Positions 1 to 10,880 are shown, counted from the stretch's first letter. The stretch: 64,000 nt of DNA from an uncultured Acidobacteriota bacterium (GCA_963802675.1 CAWDJL010000001.1:4112-68111); one strand, 5' to 3'. Made by a program: numbers and translations. Notes: a model not told the origin generated them from the sequence alone.

Positions 1-11
1 ACACGGCACCG

Positions 12-800
12 CTACTCCATGTTCGCCAACTGCGCGAGGATCGCATCAATAGGCGCCTTCGCACACGCGAACATCGGCGTGTCCCGCTGCGTATAGAGGC
101 TCGCCTCGGTATAACGCAGGCGCCCCACGAGATCGACGAACTCTTGGGGGTAGTCCGAGTCGAACGCGACCACGAAATCCTGATCGTCGATGCCGTAGCT
201 GTTGCTCGTGTTCAGGCGCACGCCTTTGAACGGGGCGGAGGCGGCGATGTGCTCATCCATCATCCCTTGCCGCGCGTGGGGCGAAAGGCGGTACCACGAC
301 CGCGTCTTCGTGAAGGGGTACACGAAGAGGTACTTCCCCTCGCCGGGCAGCAGCTCGACGCCCTCCCCGGCACCCTTCATCTTGTTGACGTACGGCGACC
401 GCCGCTGCAGCGAAAGGAAGCTGTGCACCTGCGACAGGTAGGCGCCCAGCCGCGAACGCTTGATCGCCGCTTCCATCGACTGGAAGCACAGCGGGTCGAA
501 CGCGATCCGCCACAGCATGAAATCGACGTCCGCGCGGAAGCCCACGAGCGAGTACGTGCGCAAGATCACGTCGTCCGAAGACTCCCATTTCCGCACCAGT
601 TCGATGAACCCGGCCGCCGCCACTCGCTGCTCGTCAGCGGGGAGCCGGCGGAACACCGGGTCGAGCCGGTAGAAGGAATAGTTCAGAAACTGGCGGCGTT
701 GCCTGTCCGGGCTCTTGGCCGTGACGATGCCGTTCGGGTCGAGGTCGACGTTGGGGCCGCGGCGGGGCGGCGGGCCGGTGCCCTCGGGAGAGTTAGCCAA
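12..800 (-). CDS. Chlorite dismutase-fold heme protein, probably coproheme decarboxylase (ChdC/HemQ-like)
   Basis: YPFTKTRSWY, MMDEH (proximal His) and SYGIDDQDFVVAF motifs. Leu sits where true Cld has the distal Arg (alignment by eye). Start set at TTG 800, just downstream of a sigma70-like promoter; the ORF track starts at 839. Confidence 0.75.
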   Translation of the reverse strand: MANSPEGTGPPPRRGPNVDLDPNGIVTAKSPDRQRRQFLNYSFYRLDPVFRRLPADEQRVAAAGFIELVRKWESSDDVILRTYSLVGFRADVDFMLWRIAFDPLCFQSMEAAIKRSRLGAYLSQVHSFLSLQRRSPYVNKMKGAGEGVELLPGEGKYLFVYPFTKTRSWYRLSPHARQGMMDEHIAASAPFKGVRLNTSNSYGIDDQDFVVAFDSDYPQEFVDLVGRLRYTEASLYTQRDTPMFACAKAPIDAILAQLANME

Positions 801-810
801 GTGACGAGGC

Positions 811-839
811 AACGTATGACTCCTGCCACGGATTGTCAA
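811..839 (-). promoter_or_regulatory. sigma70-like promoter for the ChdC-like gene
   Basis: Minus strand TTGACA-N17-TACGTT, 10 nt upstream of the TTG start. Confidence 0.45.
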
Positions 840-987
840 GCGCGTGAAGCGCGCGCAGCCGGGTCATGAGGGGAGGGATAGGTTGTTTAACCGAAACCCC
901 GGGTTTCTGCGCACATGACCTTATATCTAGTGGCTGCTGGGCCGGCCGTTTGTTGAAGAACGCTGGGACGATCTGATATAACCGAGC

Positions 988-1005
988 TTGAGAAATTTTT
1001 CACAA
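988..1005. promoter_or_regulatory. Candidate Rex (NADH/NAD+ sensor) operator
   Basis: TTGAGAAATTTTTCACAA, one mismatch to TTGTGAA-N4-TTCACAA, lying between divergent heme and oxidase genes. Confidence 0.5.
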
Positions 1006-1164
1006 CGTCGCTGGATGACTGGAATCGGGGTAGAGTGCTCCGGCTTTTATCTAGTCGCAGTGTGCTGAGCCCAGGCCGCAGGTTTTCCGGAAGAGTGCCT
1101 ATCCCTTTGACAAGCGCGACTGGCGGCGGCTGCGCGTGAGGCTTGGCCAAGACGGGGACTGACA

Positions 1165-1635
1165 ATGAACGAAGCCGATCTCGAATACGGGCCGACACCC
1201 GAGGGGGCCGAACACGAGCACACCGACATCGATCCAACGATTGCAGGCAAATTTGCGATCTGGCTTTCGATCGCGATGCTGATCTCGGCGGCCATCGTCT
1301 ATGGCTCGTTCTGGTTTTTGGAAGGGAACGAACTCGAAGCGAATCGCGGTGCTCAAGTGTTTCCGATGGCCGCGGGCCACACCCGTGAGCCGCAAGGGCC
1401 GCGATTGCAGACGCAGCCGTTCAAGGATGTCTACATGCTGCGAGAGGCGGAGCGCGAAAAACTGACGACGTATGGCTGGGTTGACCAGAGTGGGGGCGTC
1501 GTACGGATTCCGATTGAGGACGCGCTGAAATTGCTGGAACAGCGCGGCATGGCCACGTCGAGTCCGCAAACCCCGGGCGGCTTGAATGAAGTGGTGCAGG
1601 ACTCGTCGTCGGGGAGGACGACGGCGCCGCGATAG
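1165..1635 (+). CDS. Membrane protein preceding SCO/cox genes (ActG-like)
   Basis: One TM helix and the PRLQ...YGWVD..GVVRIPIEDA motif typical of the small gene found between act and cox genes. Confidence 0.6.
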   Translation: MNEADLEYGPTPEGAEHEHTDIDPTIAGKFAIWLSIAMLISAAIVYGSFWFLEGNELEANRGAQVFPMAAGHTREPQGPRLQTQPFKDVYMLREAEREKLTTYGWVDQSGGVVRIPIEDALKLLEQRGMATSSPQTPGGLNEVVQDSSSGRTTAPR

Positions 1636-1650
1636 TGAAGGTACGGGGCC

Positions 1651-2493
1651 ATGAGAGCAACACTTTTGACAACGGTGGCCCTGGTCGCGCTGGCGGCGGG
1701 TACCAGAGCGCTGGCGCAATCGGATGTTCCTGGAGTGAATCCGTCCGCGGGCATTCCGGCGAGCCAGATGCCGTCCGTGTTGTCCCAGGTGTCATTCGAT
1801 CAACGACTCAATGAGCCACTGCCACTGGCGCTGCTATTCAAGGATGAAGAGGGACGTTCGGTTCGTCTCGGGAACTACTTTGGCTCTAAGCCCGTCGTGC
1901 TGGTGTTCATGTACTACGAGTGTCCGATGTTGTGCACGCAGGTCCTTAACGGTCTCACGACTTCTTTGATGGTGCTCGACGAAACCGTTGGGCGTGAGTT
2001 CGACGTCGTCGCAGTGAGCTTCGATCCGCGCGAAACGCCCGTACTGGCCAGTGGGAAGAAGAAGTCGAACCTCGATCGCTATAAGCGACCTGAGTCGGCA
2101 AGCGGCTGGCATTTCTTGACCGGAGACGAGGCGTCGATCAGGGCGCTGACCAATGCCGCCGGGTTCCGATACGTCTGGGACGACAAGACCCAACAGTTTG
2201 CCCACCCCAGCGGCATCGTCGTCGCCACGTCGGAGGGCAAGGTGTCCCGGTACTTCTTCGGCATCGAATACGCTCCGCGAGATGTCAAGTTTGCGTTGAT
2301 CGAGTCGTCTGCGGGGCGTGTGGGCAGTGCGATCGATCAGTTGTTGCTCTACTGTTATCACTACGACCCTGCGACCGGGTCGTACGGGTTCGTGGTCATG
2401 GGTGCTGTCAGGCTTGGTGGCGCAATCACATTGCTGGCGCTCCTGGGGTTCGTGGTCGTGTCGATTCGGCGCGAGAGCCGCGCCACGCACTAA
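1651..2493 (+). CDS. SCO family copper chaperone
   Basis: Signal peptide, YYECPMLC (CxxxC), FAH His ligand, C-terminal TM helix. Confidence 0.9.
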   Translation: MRATLLTTVALVALAAGTRALAQSDVPGVNPSAGIPASQMPSVLSQVSFDQRLNEPLPLALLFKDEEGRSVRLGNYFGSKPVVLVFMYYECPMLCTQVLNGLTTSLMVLDETVGREFDVVAVSFDPRETPVLASGKKKSNLDRYKRPESASGWHFLTGDEASIRALTNAAGFRYVWDDKTQQFAHPSGIVVATSEGKVSRYFFGIEYAPRDVKFALIESSAGRVGSAIDQLLLYCYHYDPATGSYGFVVMGAVRLGGAITLLALLGFVVVSIRRESRATH

Positions 2494-2496
2494 CTC

Positions 2497-3496
2497 ATGC
2501 GACTATTCGGAATCCCGGTCTTTCCTGAGCAGGCGTCCTCGTTCGCGATGGACGTCGACTCGCTGTATTTTTTCGTCACCGCGGTCTCGGCGTTCTTCGC
2601 GCTGCTCGTCGCGGCGCTGGTCATCGGCTTCGGGATCAAATATCACCGTCGTCACCCCGGTGAGGTTGGGGCACGCATCGAGGGCAATCTCCCGATGGAG
2701 CTGTTGTGGAGTGTGATTCCCACGGTGATTGCCATGGTCATGTTCGGCTGGGGTGCCTCGGTCTACTACCACTTGCGCCGCCCACCCGAAGAGGCGATGC
2801 GCATTTACGCGGTCGGCAAGCAGTGGATGTGGAAGTTTCAGCACCTCGAAGGCCAGCGCGAGATCAATGAGCTACACATCCCGGTGGGCCGCCCGATCAA
2901 GATCACGGTGGCTTCGGAAGACGTGCTGCACAGCCTGTATTTCCCGTCTTTCCGAACCAAGATCGACGCCATCCCAGGTCGGTACATGGAGCTGTGGTTC
3001 GAGGCCACCAAGGTCGGGACCTACCACATCTTCTGTGCCGAGTACCTGCGGTACCAATCACTCCGGGATGATCGGTTCGGTGACCGTGATGGAGCCGGCG
3101 GCGTATCAGAGCTGGCTTGCAGGAGGTGGTGAAGGCTCGCTGGCCGAGCGCGGATCGGCACTCTTCCAGCAGCTCGCGTGCAACTCCTGTCATCTCGAGT
3201 CGGGACAGGGTCGCGGGCCGTCGCTCAAGGACATTTTCGGCAAGCCAGTCGAGTTAGCCGACGGCACCACGGTGATGGTCAATGAGGCGTACCTGCGCGA
3301 GTCCATTCTCAACTCGCAGGCAAAGATCGTGAAGGGCTTTCAGCCCTTGATGCCAACGTTCCAGGGACTCATCAGCGAAGAAGGTCTGGCCGCACTCATC
3401 GAGCACGTTCGCTCGATGTCGCCCAATGCGGGTGCGACGGGGGCGACGGGGGCGCCGGCCGCGCCGCCAAAAGGCCCATCGGGGTCCGGTCAGTAA
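2497..3496 (+). CDS. ctaC: Cytochrome c oxidase subunit II with C-terminal cytochrome c (caa3 type); +1 frameshift at about 3045
   Basis: Two TM helices, QWMW, DVLH. The CuA motif CAEYCGTNHSGM is restored by deleting one C at 3045/3046. CNSCH heme c motif follows in the second frame. Confidence 0.9.
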
Positions 3497-3502
3497 GGAA
3501 TC

Positions 3503-5140
3503 ATGGAAGCCTCCACACGCACACTGCCCGCGTTGCACTACTTGAACAACGGCCACGGGCTTGCCTCGTGGTTGCTGACGAAGGACCACAAGCGGATCGC
3601 GATCATGTATTTGATCTCGATCTCGGTGTTCTTCTTCATCGGTGGCCTCATGGCGGTCGGTGTTCGCCTGGAGCTGGCGACCCCCGAGGGCGACTTCGTC
3701 CAAGCCGACACCTACAACAAGATGTTCACGCTGCACGGCGTGATCATGGTGTTCCTCTTCCTGATCCCGTCGATTCCGGCCACGCTCGGGAACTTCCTGA
3801 TTCCACTGATGATTGGCGCCAAGGATCTGGCGTTCCCGCGCATCAATCTGCTGAGTCTCTATATCTACTGGTTCGGCGGCCTCTTCATCCTCTACGCGAT
3901 GCTCACGGGCGGTGTGGATACGGGTTGGACGTTCTACACGCCGTACAGCGTGGCGGCCTCGAACACCAGTGTCATTCCGACGGCGCTCGGCGTGTTCATC
4001 GCCGGCTTCTCGTCGATTCTGACTGGCCTGAACTTCATCGTGACCATCCATCGCATGCGCGCGCCGGGCATGACCTGGTTCAGGCTGCCGCTGTTCGTGT
4101 GGGCGCATTACGCCACGAGCCTGATCCAGGTGCTCGGCACGCCGGTCATCGCCATCACCATCCTGATGGTCTTCGTCGAGCGCGCCTTCGGGTTCGCCAT
4201 CTTCGATCCCGCGCGCGGCGGTGACCCCGTCCTCTTCCAGCATCTTTTCTGGTTCTACTCGCACCCGGCGGTCTACATCATGATTGTGCCGGCGCTCGGA
4301 GTGCAGAGCGAGCTCATCGCGAACTTCGCGAAGAAAAAGATCTTCGGCTATAGCTTCGTCGCGTTCTCCAGCCTCGCGATTGCTATGTTTGGCTTCATTG
4401 TCTGGGCCCATCACATGTTCGTGTCGGGCATTTCGGTCTACGCGGCGATGGTGTTTTCGTTCCTGAGCTTCTCGGTTGCGATCCCGTCAGCAGTCAAGCT
4501 GTTCAACTGGACGGCCACCCTCTACAAGGGCGCCATCTCGTTCGAAATGCCGATGCTGTACGCCTACGGCTTCATGGGGCTGTTCGCGATTGGTGGTTTG
4601 ACGGGCCTCTTCCTGGCGACGCTCGGCACCGACATCCACATGCACGACACGTATTTCGTCGTCGCGCACTTCCACTACATCATGGTTGGCGGCTCGATCA
4701 TGGGCTACCTGGGCGGCCTGCATTTCTGGTGGCCGAAGATCACGGGTCGGATGTACTCCGAGTTCCTCTCCCGTATCAGCGCGATTCTGGTGTTCGTTGG
4801 CTTCAACCTGACGTTCTTCCCACAGTTCATCGTTGGCTACCTCGGGATGCCGCGGCGCTATCACGCGTACCCGCCAGAATTCCAGGTGCTCAACGTCATG
4901 TCCTCGGCCGGAGCAACGGTGCTGGGCGTTGGCTACGTGCTGCCGGTGCTGTACTTCCTGTGGTCATTGAAAAGGGGCGAGGTAGCCGGCCCCAACCCGT
5001 GGGCGGCATCGGGTCTGGAATGGGAAACCAGCTCACCACCGCCGACGGAAAACTTTGCCGTCGCGCCGCGCGTGACGACCGAGCCCTACGAATACACACC
5101 GCATGTGGCAAGGGAGATAAGGGAGATGCGGAGTGTCTGA
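3503..5140 (+). CDS. ctaD: Cytochrome c oxidase subunit I (A2 type)
   Basis: [32 protein letters not shown]. Confidence 0.97.
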   Translation: MEASTRTLPALHYLNNGHGLASWLLTKDHKRIAIMYLISISVFFFIGGLMAVGVRLELATPEGDFVQADTYNKMFTLHGVIMVFLFLIPSIPATLGNFLIPLMIGAKDLAFPRINLLSLYIYWFGGLFILYAMLTGGVDTGWTFYTPYSVAASNTSVIPTALGVFIAGFSSILTGLNFIVTIHRMRAPGMTWFRLPLFVWAHYATSLIQVLGTPVIAITILMVFVERAFGFAIFDPARGGDPVLFQHLFWFYSHPAVYIMIVPALGVQSELIANFAKKKIFGYSFVAFSSLAIAMFGFIVWAHHMFVSGISVYAAMVFSFLSFSVAIPSAVKLFNWTATLYKGAISFEMPMLYAYGFMGLFAIGGLTGLFLATLGTDIHMHDTYFVVAHFHYIMVGGSIMGYLGGLHFWWPKITGRMYSEFLSRISAILVFVGFNLTFFPQFIVGYLGMPRRYHAYPPEFQVLNVMSSAGATVLGVGYVLPVLYFLWSLKRGEVAGPNPWAASGLEWETSSPPPTENFAVAPRVTTEPYEYTPHVAREIREMRSV

Positions 5141-5930
5141 CGCAGCCCGCACCCCAACGCGCATACTACGCGCGTCGGGGACCCCGCTCGCTCACGTCAG
5201 CGCGAGCGGCCGCGCCCACGCGGCTCATCATCCAGCGCTTCAGCATCAGTTCGACTCGTTGTCGCAACAGAAGGAAGCGGCGATTTTGGGGATGTGGGCC
5301 TTCCTGCTCACCGAAATTCTGTTCTTCGGTGGCCTCTTCATGGCCTACATGCTCTACCGGACGTGGTATCACGATGCCTTCGTCATCGCCAGCACGTCGA
5401 TCACGATCGGCTGGGGACTGCTGAACACCATCGTCCTGATCGGCAGTTCCCTGACTATGGCGCTTGCCGTTCGGGCAGCGCAGACCAACAAACGGAAGGC
5501 AACCGTCAACTGGCTGATCTTGACCATGGTATTGGGGATGGTCTTTCTCGGGGTCAAGGTCATCGAGTACGCCGACAAATTCGAGCACCACCACGTGCCT
5601 GGTCCGGACTTCGTCTTCATGGATCCCGCCCATCCGCCGACCTACGACATTGGTCCCCACGGCAAGGAGATCCTGAGTCGGAATTCACCGGAAGAACTGA
5701 ACCGGACAACGCAGATCTTCTTCAGTCTCTACTTCACGATGACGGGGCTGCACGCCCTGCACATGATTATCGGCGTCGGTCTGATGTGCGTGATTACGTG
5801 GATGGCGTGGAAAGGCAAGTTCTCCAGCGAGTGGTATACGCCCGTGGAGATGAGCGGTCTCTACTGGCACTTCGTCGACATCGTCTGGATCTATCTGTTC
5901 CCGCTGCTGTATCTCATCGATCGGTCCTGA
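5133..5930 (+). CDS. ctaE: Cytochrome c oxidase subunit III
   Basis: [34 protein letters not shown]. Confidence 0.95.
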   Translation: MSDAARTPTRILRASGTPLAHVSASGRAHAAHHPALQHQFDSLSQQKEAAILGMWAFLLTEILFFGGLFMAYMLYRTWYHDAFVIASTSITIGWGLLNTIVLIGSSLTMALAVRAAQTNKRKATVNWLILTMVLGMVFLGVKVIEYADKFEHHHVPGPDFVFMDPAHPPTYDIGPHGKEILSRNSPEELNRTTQIFFSLYFTMTGLHALHMIIGVGLMCVITWMAWKGKFSSEWYTPVEMSGLYWHFVDIVWIYLFPLLYLIDRS

Positions 5931-5933
5931 ACG

Positions 5934-6239
5934 ATGTCTGGACACGTCTCTCCGATCAAGGTCTACATTGGCATCTTCCTCACTCTGATGGCGCTCACTG
6001 CCATCACGGTGTTCGTGGCGTACATCAACCTTGGCCAGTTGAACAAGATCGTGGCTCTCGGCATCGCGAGCTTCAAGGCCACGTTGGTCGTGCTCTACTT
6101 CATGCATGTCAAGTACGCCAGCCGGATGACGAAACTGATCGTGATCTCCGGACTGTTTTTCCTGGGCATCCTGCTCACCCTGACGATGACGGACTACGCG
6201 TCACGCGAGTGGGTCAACCCGCCGGCCATCCTTCAATAG
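5934..6239 (+). CDS. ctaF: Cytochrome c oxidase subunit IV (caa3 type)
   Basis: 101 aa, three TM helices, KATLVVLYFMHVK motif, last gene of the operon. Confidence 0.85.
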   Translation: MSGHVSPIKVYIGIFLTLMALTAITVFVAYINLGQLNKIVALGIASFKATLVVLYFMHVKYASRMTKLIVISGLFFLGILLTLTMTDYASREWVNPPAILQ

Positions 6240-6240
6240 G

Positions 6241-6352
6241 AAGGTTCCAAGGTTCCAGCGTTCCAAGGTTCAGATTTCCTGTCCGTTCGTTCACGCCGTG
6301 AACGTTGAACGTTTGAACCCTGGAACCTTGGAACCTTGGAACCCTGGAACCT
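6241..6352. repeat. Inverted octamer tandem arrays (AAGGTTCC)x4 / (GGAACCTT)x5; long hairpin between convergent genes
   Basis: Read directly; fills the space between the two stop codons. Confidence 0.85.
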
Positions 6353-8975
6353 ATTCAGCTCGAATCGCTTCGATCGGATCGATTCGAACCGCGCGAATCG
6401 CGGGCAGCAGGCAGCCGAACAGCGTCATCACGAGAGCGAGCGACACTGCAGCCGCGTACACCGCCGGATCGGCGGGGCTGACGCCGGCCAGCACAGATTG
6501 AAGGGTTCTTCCCGCGACGCTGGCGAGGCCGACGCCGATGACGACGCCGACGGCGGCAAGGAGTGCGCCTCGCCGCATCACCATCGCGACGATCTCACCC
6601 GACCGGGCCCCGAGCGCCATCCGCAATCCAATCTCGCGAACTCGGCTGGAGACGGCGAACGCGAGCAGGCCGTGGATGCCGATCCCGGCCAACAGGAACG
6701 AGATGGCCGCAAAGCCCGCGAGCACTCGAACCTGCACCCGTCGCGCCGCCGTCTCGGACTCGATGACGTCGGACAGCATGCGCACGTCTGAAATCGGCTG
6801 TTGAGGATCGGCGCGCGCGATGATCTGGCGCACTGCGGCGGTCAGAGTCGCGGCCGGGACGGTCGCGCTGACGACGAGATCCTTGGGAGCGTAAAAGACC
6901 AGTCCGCCGTCGGGCACTTGGCGAGAGGGGAGGTAGACCTGAGGTTCGCTCTGACGTTCCAAACCACGCACTTGGATGTTGCCGACCACGCCAACGATCG
7001 TGCGCTCGCGAAAGGCGATGAAGAACTGTCGTCCGATCGGATCCTGATTGGGGAACATCTGGTCGGCGAATGACTGACTGACGACGGCAACCCAGGGCGC
7101 GTCGCGCGTGTCGGCGTCGCCGACATCGCGTCCGCGGAGGAGTGGGATGCCTGTCGCCAAAAAGAATCCCGACGTGACGAAGCGCAGGCTGGCCATTCGT
7201 GTTTCAGTCGGATCAGGCGCCCAGCTCGACCGAGCCTCCTCACTCAAGCGCCCGAAATCCAGGATCACCGGCCAGATCCCGCCGCGCATGGTCATCGGCA
7301 GGAAGCTGATATACGACGCGTTCATAACTCCAGGGAGTGCACGCGTCTCGTTCAGCACACGATCGTAGAACTGCTGCCGCCGCTCGGTGGCGATGTACTT
7401 TGGCGATGGCAGCGCGGTCCTCATGGTCAGGACGTTGTCGGCACGAAATCCCGGGTCGGTCTGCTGCACACGCCAGAGCGCTCGCACGAGGAGGCCAGAC
7501 GACACCAGCAGGACGACTGACGCGGTGACGGCCGCGATCACCAATGCCGACCGGAGACGCTCGGTGTGGCGACCGGAGCTGCTTCGTGCACCTTCGTGGA
7601 GGGCGAGCGGGTCCGCACCTCGCGTGAGGCGAAGTGCCGGCATGATCCCAAACGCCACGCCTGTAACGAGAGTGACCAACGCGCCGAGCGCCAGCATGCG
7701 CAGGTCAGCGCTGGGTGCATCTGGAATCGGCATCGTATGCGGGACCAGACGTGACACGAGTGGCGTCGACGCAATCGCGATAACGATACCCAAGGCGCCG
7801 CCGAGCACGGCGAGGACGATGCTTTCCGTGAAGGTCTGTCGGAGCAGCCGCTCGCGACCGGCGCCGATGGCGGCCCGCACGGCCAGCTCCTTCCGCCGCA
7901 CGAGACCGCGGGCGAGCAGGAGGTTCGCGAGATTCGTGCACGCAATGAGCAGCATGCACAAAGCGGCGCCCACCAGCGTCATCAGCATCGTGCGAGACTG
8001 GCGCGACACTTGATTCCGCAGCAACTGCACCGTGGCGCCTGTTTGCGCGTTCTCCTTGGGATATGCGCGCGCGAGCTGTGCGGCGATGACCTGCATCTCA
8101 CTCCGCGCGTCCTGCAGCGAGACGTTGTCCTTCAGGCGCGCGACAACGTCGAGATAGGTGTCGGTGCGATCGGCGAGCGAGGCGGGCGTAAAGCGCTCTG
8201 GCACCCAATACTCGGTGTCACGTGACGGAAAGTCGAACGCCGGTGGCATCACACCGACGATCACATGGGAAACATCGTCGAGAACGATCGTGCGTCCGAG
8301 GACTCCGCGATCGGCGCCAAACTTCGCCCGCCACAGACCATCGCTCAAGACCACGGTTCGTGGCGAGCTGTCCAGGTCGTCGACGCTGGTGAGCGTCCGT
8401 CCCAAGGCTGCTTGAACGCGGAGAACGTGGAAGAGATCCGACGTCACGCCGACGCCAGTCAACCGTTCCGGGTCGCCCTCGCCGACGAGATTGGCAAACG
8501 ACATCGAGTACGACGACATGCCATCGAACGAGGTGGCCAGCCGCTTCCAATCGACGAAGTTGCTCGGCGACAGCTCCATTTGCGGGTAACCGCGGAACGT
8601 CTGGTCCTGCCAAAGACGCACGAGCCGGTCGGACTCGGGGAAGGGCAGGGGACGTACGAGGACGTGATCGGTAATCGAGAAAGCCGCGGTGGTCGCGCCT
8701 ATTCCGAGGGCCGCCACCAGGATGGCCGTGAGAGCAAACCCCTTCGCCTTGGCCATGCTGCGGAGCGCATACCGCACATCTTGAACGAAAAGGTCCCAAT
8801 GCAATTGCGCGGCGTTCCGCCCGATGTCGACGATCGCGGCCGCCCACACCACCCCACGAGACAACCCGGCGACTTCCTGTAGACGACGTCCGAACAGGGC
8901 GCACAGATCTGGACCGTATTCCGCGCGAAACGACGCTGGATAGAGATGGAGGAGCGCGCGATACAGCCGCATCAC
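6351..8975 (-). CDS. ADOP family (acidobacterial duplicated orphan) ABC permease, MacB/FtsX-like
   Basis: QDVRYALR, LLIACTNLANLLLAR, REIGLRMALGA, duplicated periplasmic + FtsX halves; 4-nt overlap with the padR gene. Confidence 0.93.
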   Translation of the reverse strand: MMRLYRALLHLYPASFRAEYGPDLCALFGRRLQEVAGLSRGVVWAAAIVDIGRNAAQLHWDLFVQDVRYALRSMAKAKGFALTAILVAALGIGATTAAFSITDHVLVRPLPFPESDRLVRLWQDQTFRGYPQMELSPSNFVDWKRLATSFDGMSSYSMSFANLVGEGDPERLTGVGVTSDLFHVLRVQAALGRTLTSVDDLDSSPRTVVLSDGLWRAKFGADRGVLGRTIVLDDVSHVIVGVMPPAFDFPSRDTEYWVPERFTPASLADRTDTYLDVVARLKDNVSLQDARSEMQVIAAQLARAYPKENAQTGATVQLLRNQVSRQSRTMLMTLVGAALCMLLIACTNLANLLLARGLVRRKELAVRAAIGAGRERLLRQTFTESIVLAVLGGALGIVIAIASTPLVSRLVPHTMPIPDAPSADLRMLALGALVTLVTGVAFGIMPALRLTRGADPLALHEGARSSSGRHTERLRSALVIAAVTASVVLLVSSGLLVRALWRVQQTDPGFRADNVLTMRTALPSPKYIATERRQQFYDRVLNETRALPGVMNASYISFLPMTMRGGIWPVILDFGRLSEEARSSWAPDPTETRMASLRFVTSGFFLATGIPLLRGRDVGDADTRDAPWVAVVSQSFADQMFPNQDPIGRQFFIAFRERTIVGVVGNIQVRGLERQSEPQVYLPSRQVPDGGLVFYAPKDLVVSATVPAATLTAAVRQIIARADPQQPISDVRMLSDVIESETAARRVQVRVLAGFAAISFLLAGIGIHGLLAFAVSSRVREIGLRMALGARSGEIVAMVMRRGALLAAVGVVIGVGLASVAGRTLQSVLAGVSPADPAVYAAAVSLALVMTLFGCLLPAIRAVRIDPIEAIRAE

Positions 8976-9334
8976 GCCCTCCGTGGCACCAGCCCGCTGG
9001 CTCGGGCAAGCCTGACGAGCTCAGCCAGCCGCCCCGCTTCCGCACGAGCCACGGCTTCTCCGAACGGCGTGATCCGGTAGTACCGCCGCCGTTCGTCATC
9101 CTTCTCGGGAGCGGGCCGCTGATGGATCTCTTCGATCAGATCCTGATCCTGCATCCGCTGAATCGACCGATAGAGGGTGCCTGCGCTCAGGCGAACGTCG
9201 CCATCGGTGCGCGTGGCAACGTGCTGGATGATGGCATACCCGTGGAGGTCGCCTTCAGCCAGGGCCATGAGGATGTGAAACGTCGCCGACTGCAGTGGAA
9301 GAAGGGCCTCGGGGCGTGGCGGATCGTCAGGCAT
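8972..9334 (-). CDS. PadR family transcriptional regulator
   Basis: LHGYAI, GTLYRSIQR, RRRYYRITPFG. Confidence 0.93.
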   Translation of the reverse strand: MPDDPPRPEALLPLQSATFHILMALAEGDLHGYAIIQHVATRTDGDVRLSAGTLYRSIQRMQDQDLIEEIHQRPAPEKDDERRRYYRITPFGEAVARAEAGRLAELVRLARASGLVPRRA

Positions 9335-9341
9335 GCCTCAG

Positions 9342-9369
9342 ACTATATGCATTGTGGATATATTGTCAA
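9342..9369 (-). promoter_or_regulatory. sigma70 promoter overlapped by a palindromic operator; probably leaderless padR mRNA
   Basis: TTGACA-N16-TATAGT ending 7 nt before the ATG; imperfect palindrome TATATGCATTGTGGATATA at 9344-9362. Confidence 0.6.
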
Positions 9370-9417
9370 CGCATAGAGTTGATCGCGTGGAGTTGATTGC
9401 GTGGTTGACTTGACTGC

Positions 9418-9441
9418 GTGGCTTCCGCCTTCAGACGGAAG
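9418..9441 (+). repeat. REP-like palindrome GTGGCTTCCGCCTTCAGACGGAAG
   Basis: Matches copies at 23216 and 29040-29105; preceded by three TTGAYYGCGTGG-like partial units. Confidence 0.75.
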
Positions 9442-9454
9442 ACAACGCGTGAGA

Positions 9455-10873
9455 CTACGCGCTCTTCGACAGCGGATCCTGCCGCAGCACGGCGAGCACG
9501 GCCTCCATCGTCTGGCGCGCGTCACCGAAGAGCATCTGGGTGTTGTCTCTGTAGAACAGAGGATTCTCGACGCCCGCATACCCGCTCGCCATTCCACGCT
9601 TGAGAACGATGCAGGTCTTGGCCTTCCAGACCTCGAGGATTGGCATCCCGAAAATGGGACTCGACGGATCGTCAAGCGCGCCGGGATTCACGATGTCGTT
9701 GGCGCCGATGACAATCGCAACATCGGTCTCAGGAAAGTCGTGGTTGATCTCCTCCATCTCGATGACGATGTCGTACGGCACACGCGCTTCCGCGAGCAGC
9801 ACGTTCATGTGACCAGGGAGTCGACCCGCCACCGGATGGATGGCGAATCGGACGTCGATGCTCCGCTCGCGCAAGAGCTTGGTCACGTCGAATACCGGAT
9901 ACTGGGCCTGTGCCACGGCCATCCCGTAGCCTGGGACGATGATCACGCGTCGCGACTGGAGCAGCAGCTGCGCCGTCTCTGCAGCCGTGATGCTTCGCAC
10001 CTCGCCTGCCGGCGCCGCGCCCGTTGCCGGCGCTGCGCCCTCGTCGGCGCCGAAGCCGCCGAGGATCACGCTGAGGAATGAGCGGTTCATCGCAGCGCAC
10101 ATGATGTAGCTGAGGATCGCACCGCTCGAGCCGACGAGCGCGCCCGTGATGATCAGCAGATCGTTCGACAGCATGAAGCCGGCGGCGGCGGCCGCCCACC
10201 CTGAGTAGCTGTTCAGCATCGAAACGACGACGGGCATATCGGCGCCGCCAATGGCCATCACGAGGTGGATGCCCACTAACGATGCCAGGACGGTTGCCGC
10301 AACGAGCGGCCACAGTGGCGGCGCCCCGTCGGCGCCGACAAAGAACACGCCAAGACCGACACATGCCGCGACCGCCGCGACGTTGAGCACGTGTCGTGTC
10401 GGCAAGAGGAGCGGCTTGCTGCGAATGATGCCCTGGAGCTTACCGAACGCGATCACTGAGCCCGTGAACGTGACGGCCCCGACGAGCACGCCGACGAACG
10501 TCTCGATGTGGTGAATCATCGCGTCGGTGCCGCTGAACTGCATCGCCGGGTCGAGGGTGATCGCAAATCCGACGAGCACCGCAGCCGCACCGACAAAGCT
10601 GTGCAGGATGGCGACCAACTGGGGCATCGCGGTCATCTGAACGCGTGCGGCCAGGGCTGCGCCAATCAGGCCCCCGACAGCCAGCATCGCCAGCAAGACC
10701 GCGTAGCTGGTGACGCCGGGACCAAGCATCGTTGCGATGACCGCGATGGCCATCCCGGCAATGCCGAACAAGTTGCCGCGTCGCGCTGACTCCTGGGCGG
10801 AGAGTCCGCCGAGGCTCAGGATGAAGAGCACCCCGGCAATGAGATACGCGATGGTGACAACAGTGGCGGGCAT
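9455..10873 (-). CDS. pntB: NAD(P) transhydrogenase beta subunit
   Basis: [48 protein letters not shown]. Confidence 0.97.
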   Translation of the reverse strand: MPATVVTIAYLIAGVLFILSLGGLSAQESARRGNLFGIAGMAIAVIATMLGPGVTSYAVLLAMLAVGGLIGAALAARVQMTAMPQLVAILHSFVGAAAVLVGFAITLDPAMQFSGTDAMIHHIETFVGVLVGAVTFTGSVIAFGKLQGIIRSKPLLLPTRHVLNVAAVAACVGLGVFFVGADGAPPLWPLVAATVLASLVGIHLVMAIGGADMPVVVSMLNSYSGWAAAAAGFMLSNDLLIITGALVGSSGAILSYIMCAAMNRSFLSVILGGFGADEGAAPATGAAPAGEVRSITAAETAQLLLQSRRVIIVPGYGMAVAQAQYPVFDVTKLLRERSIDVRFAIHPVAGRLPGHMNVLLAEARVPYDIVIEMEEINHDFPETDVAIVIGANDIVNPGALDDPSSPIFGMPILEVWKAKTCIVLKRGMASGYAGVENPLFYRDNTQMLFGDARQTMEAVLAVLRQDPLSKSA

Positions 10874-10880
10874 CGCGTTC

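Noticed and set aside
12-800. Functional chlorite dismutase
   Set aside because: The distal Arg position appears to be Leu, and the respiratory context fits coproheme decarboxylase better
3041-3050. Programmed ribosomal frameshift in ctaC (likewise 29921 and 60174)
   Set aside because: No slippery heptamer or stimulator; all three are single extra bases, consistent with read errors
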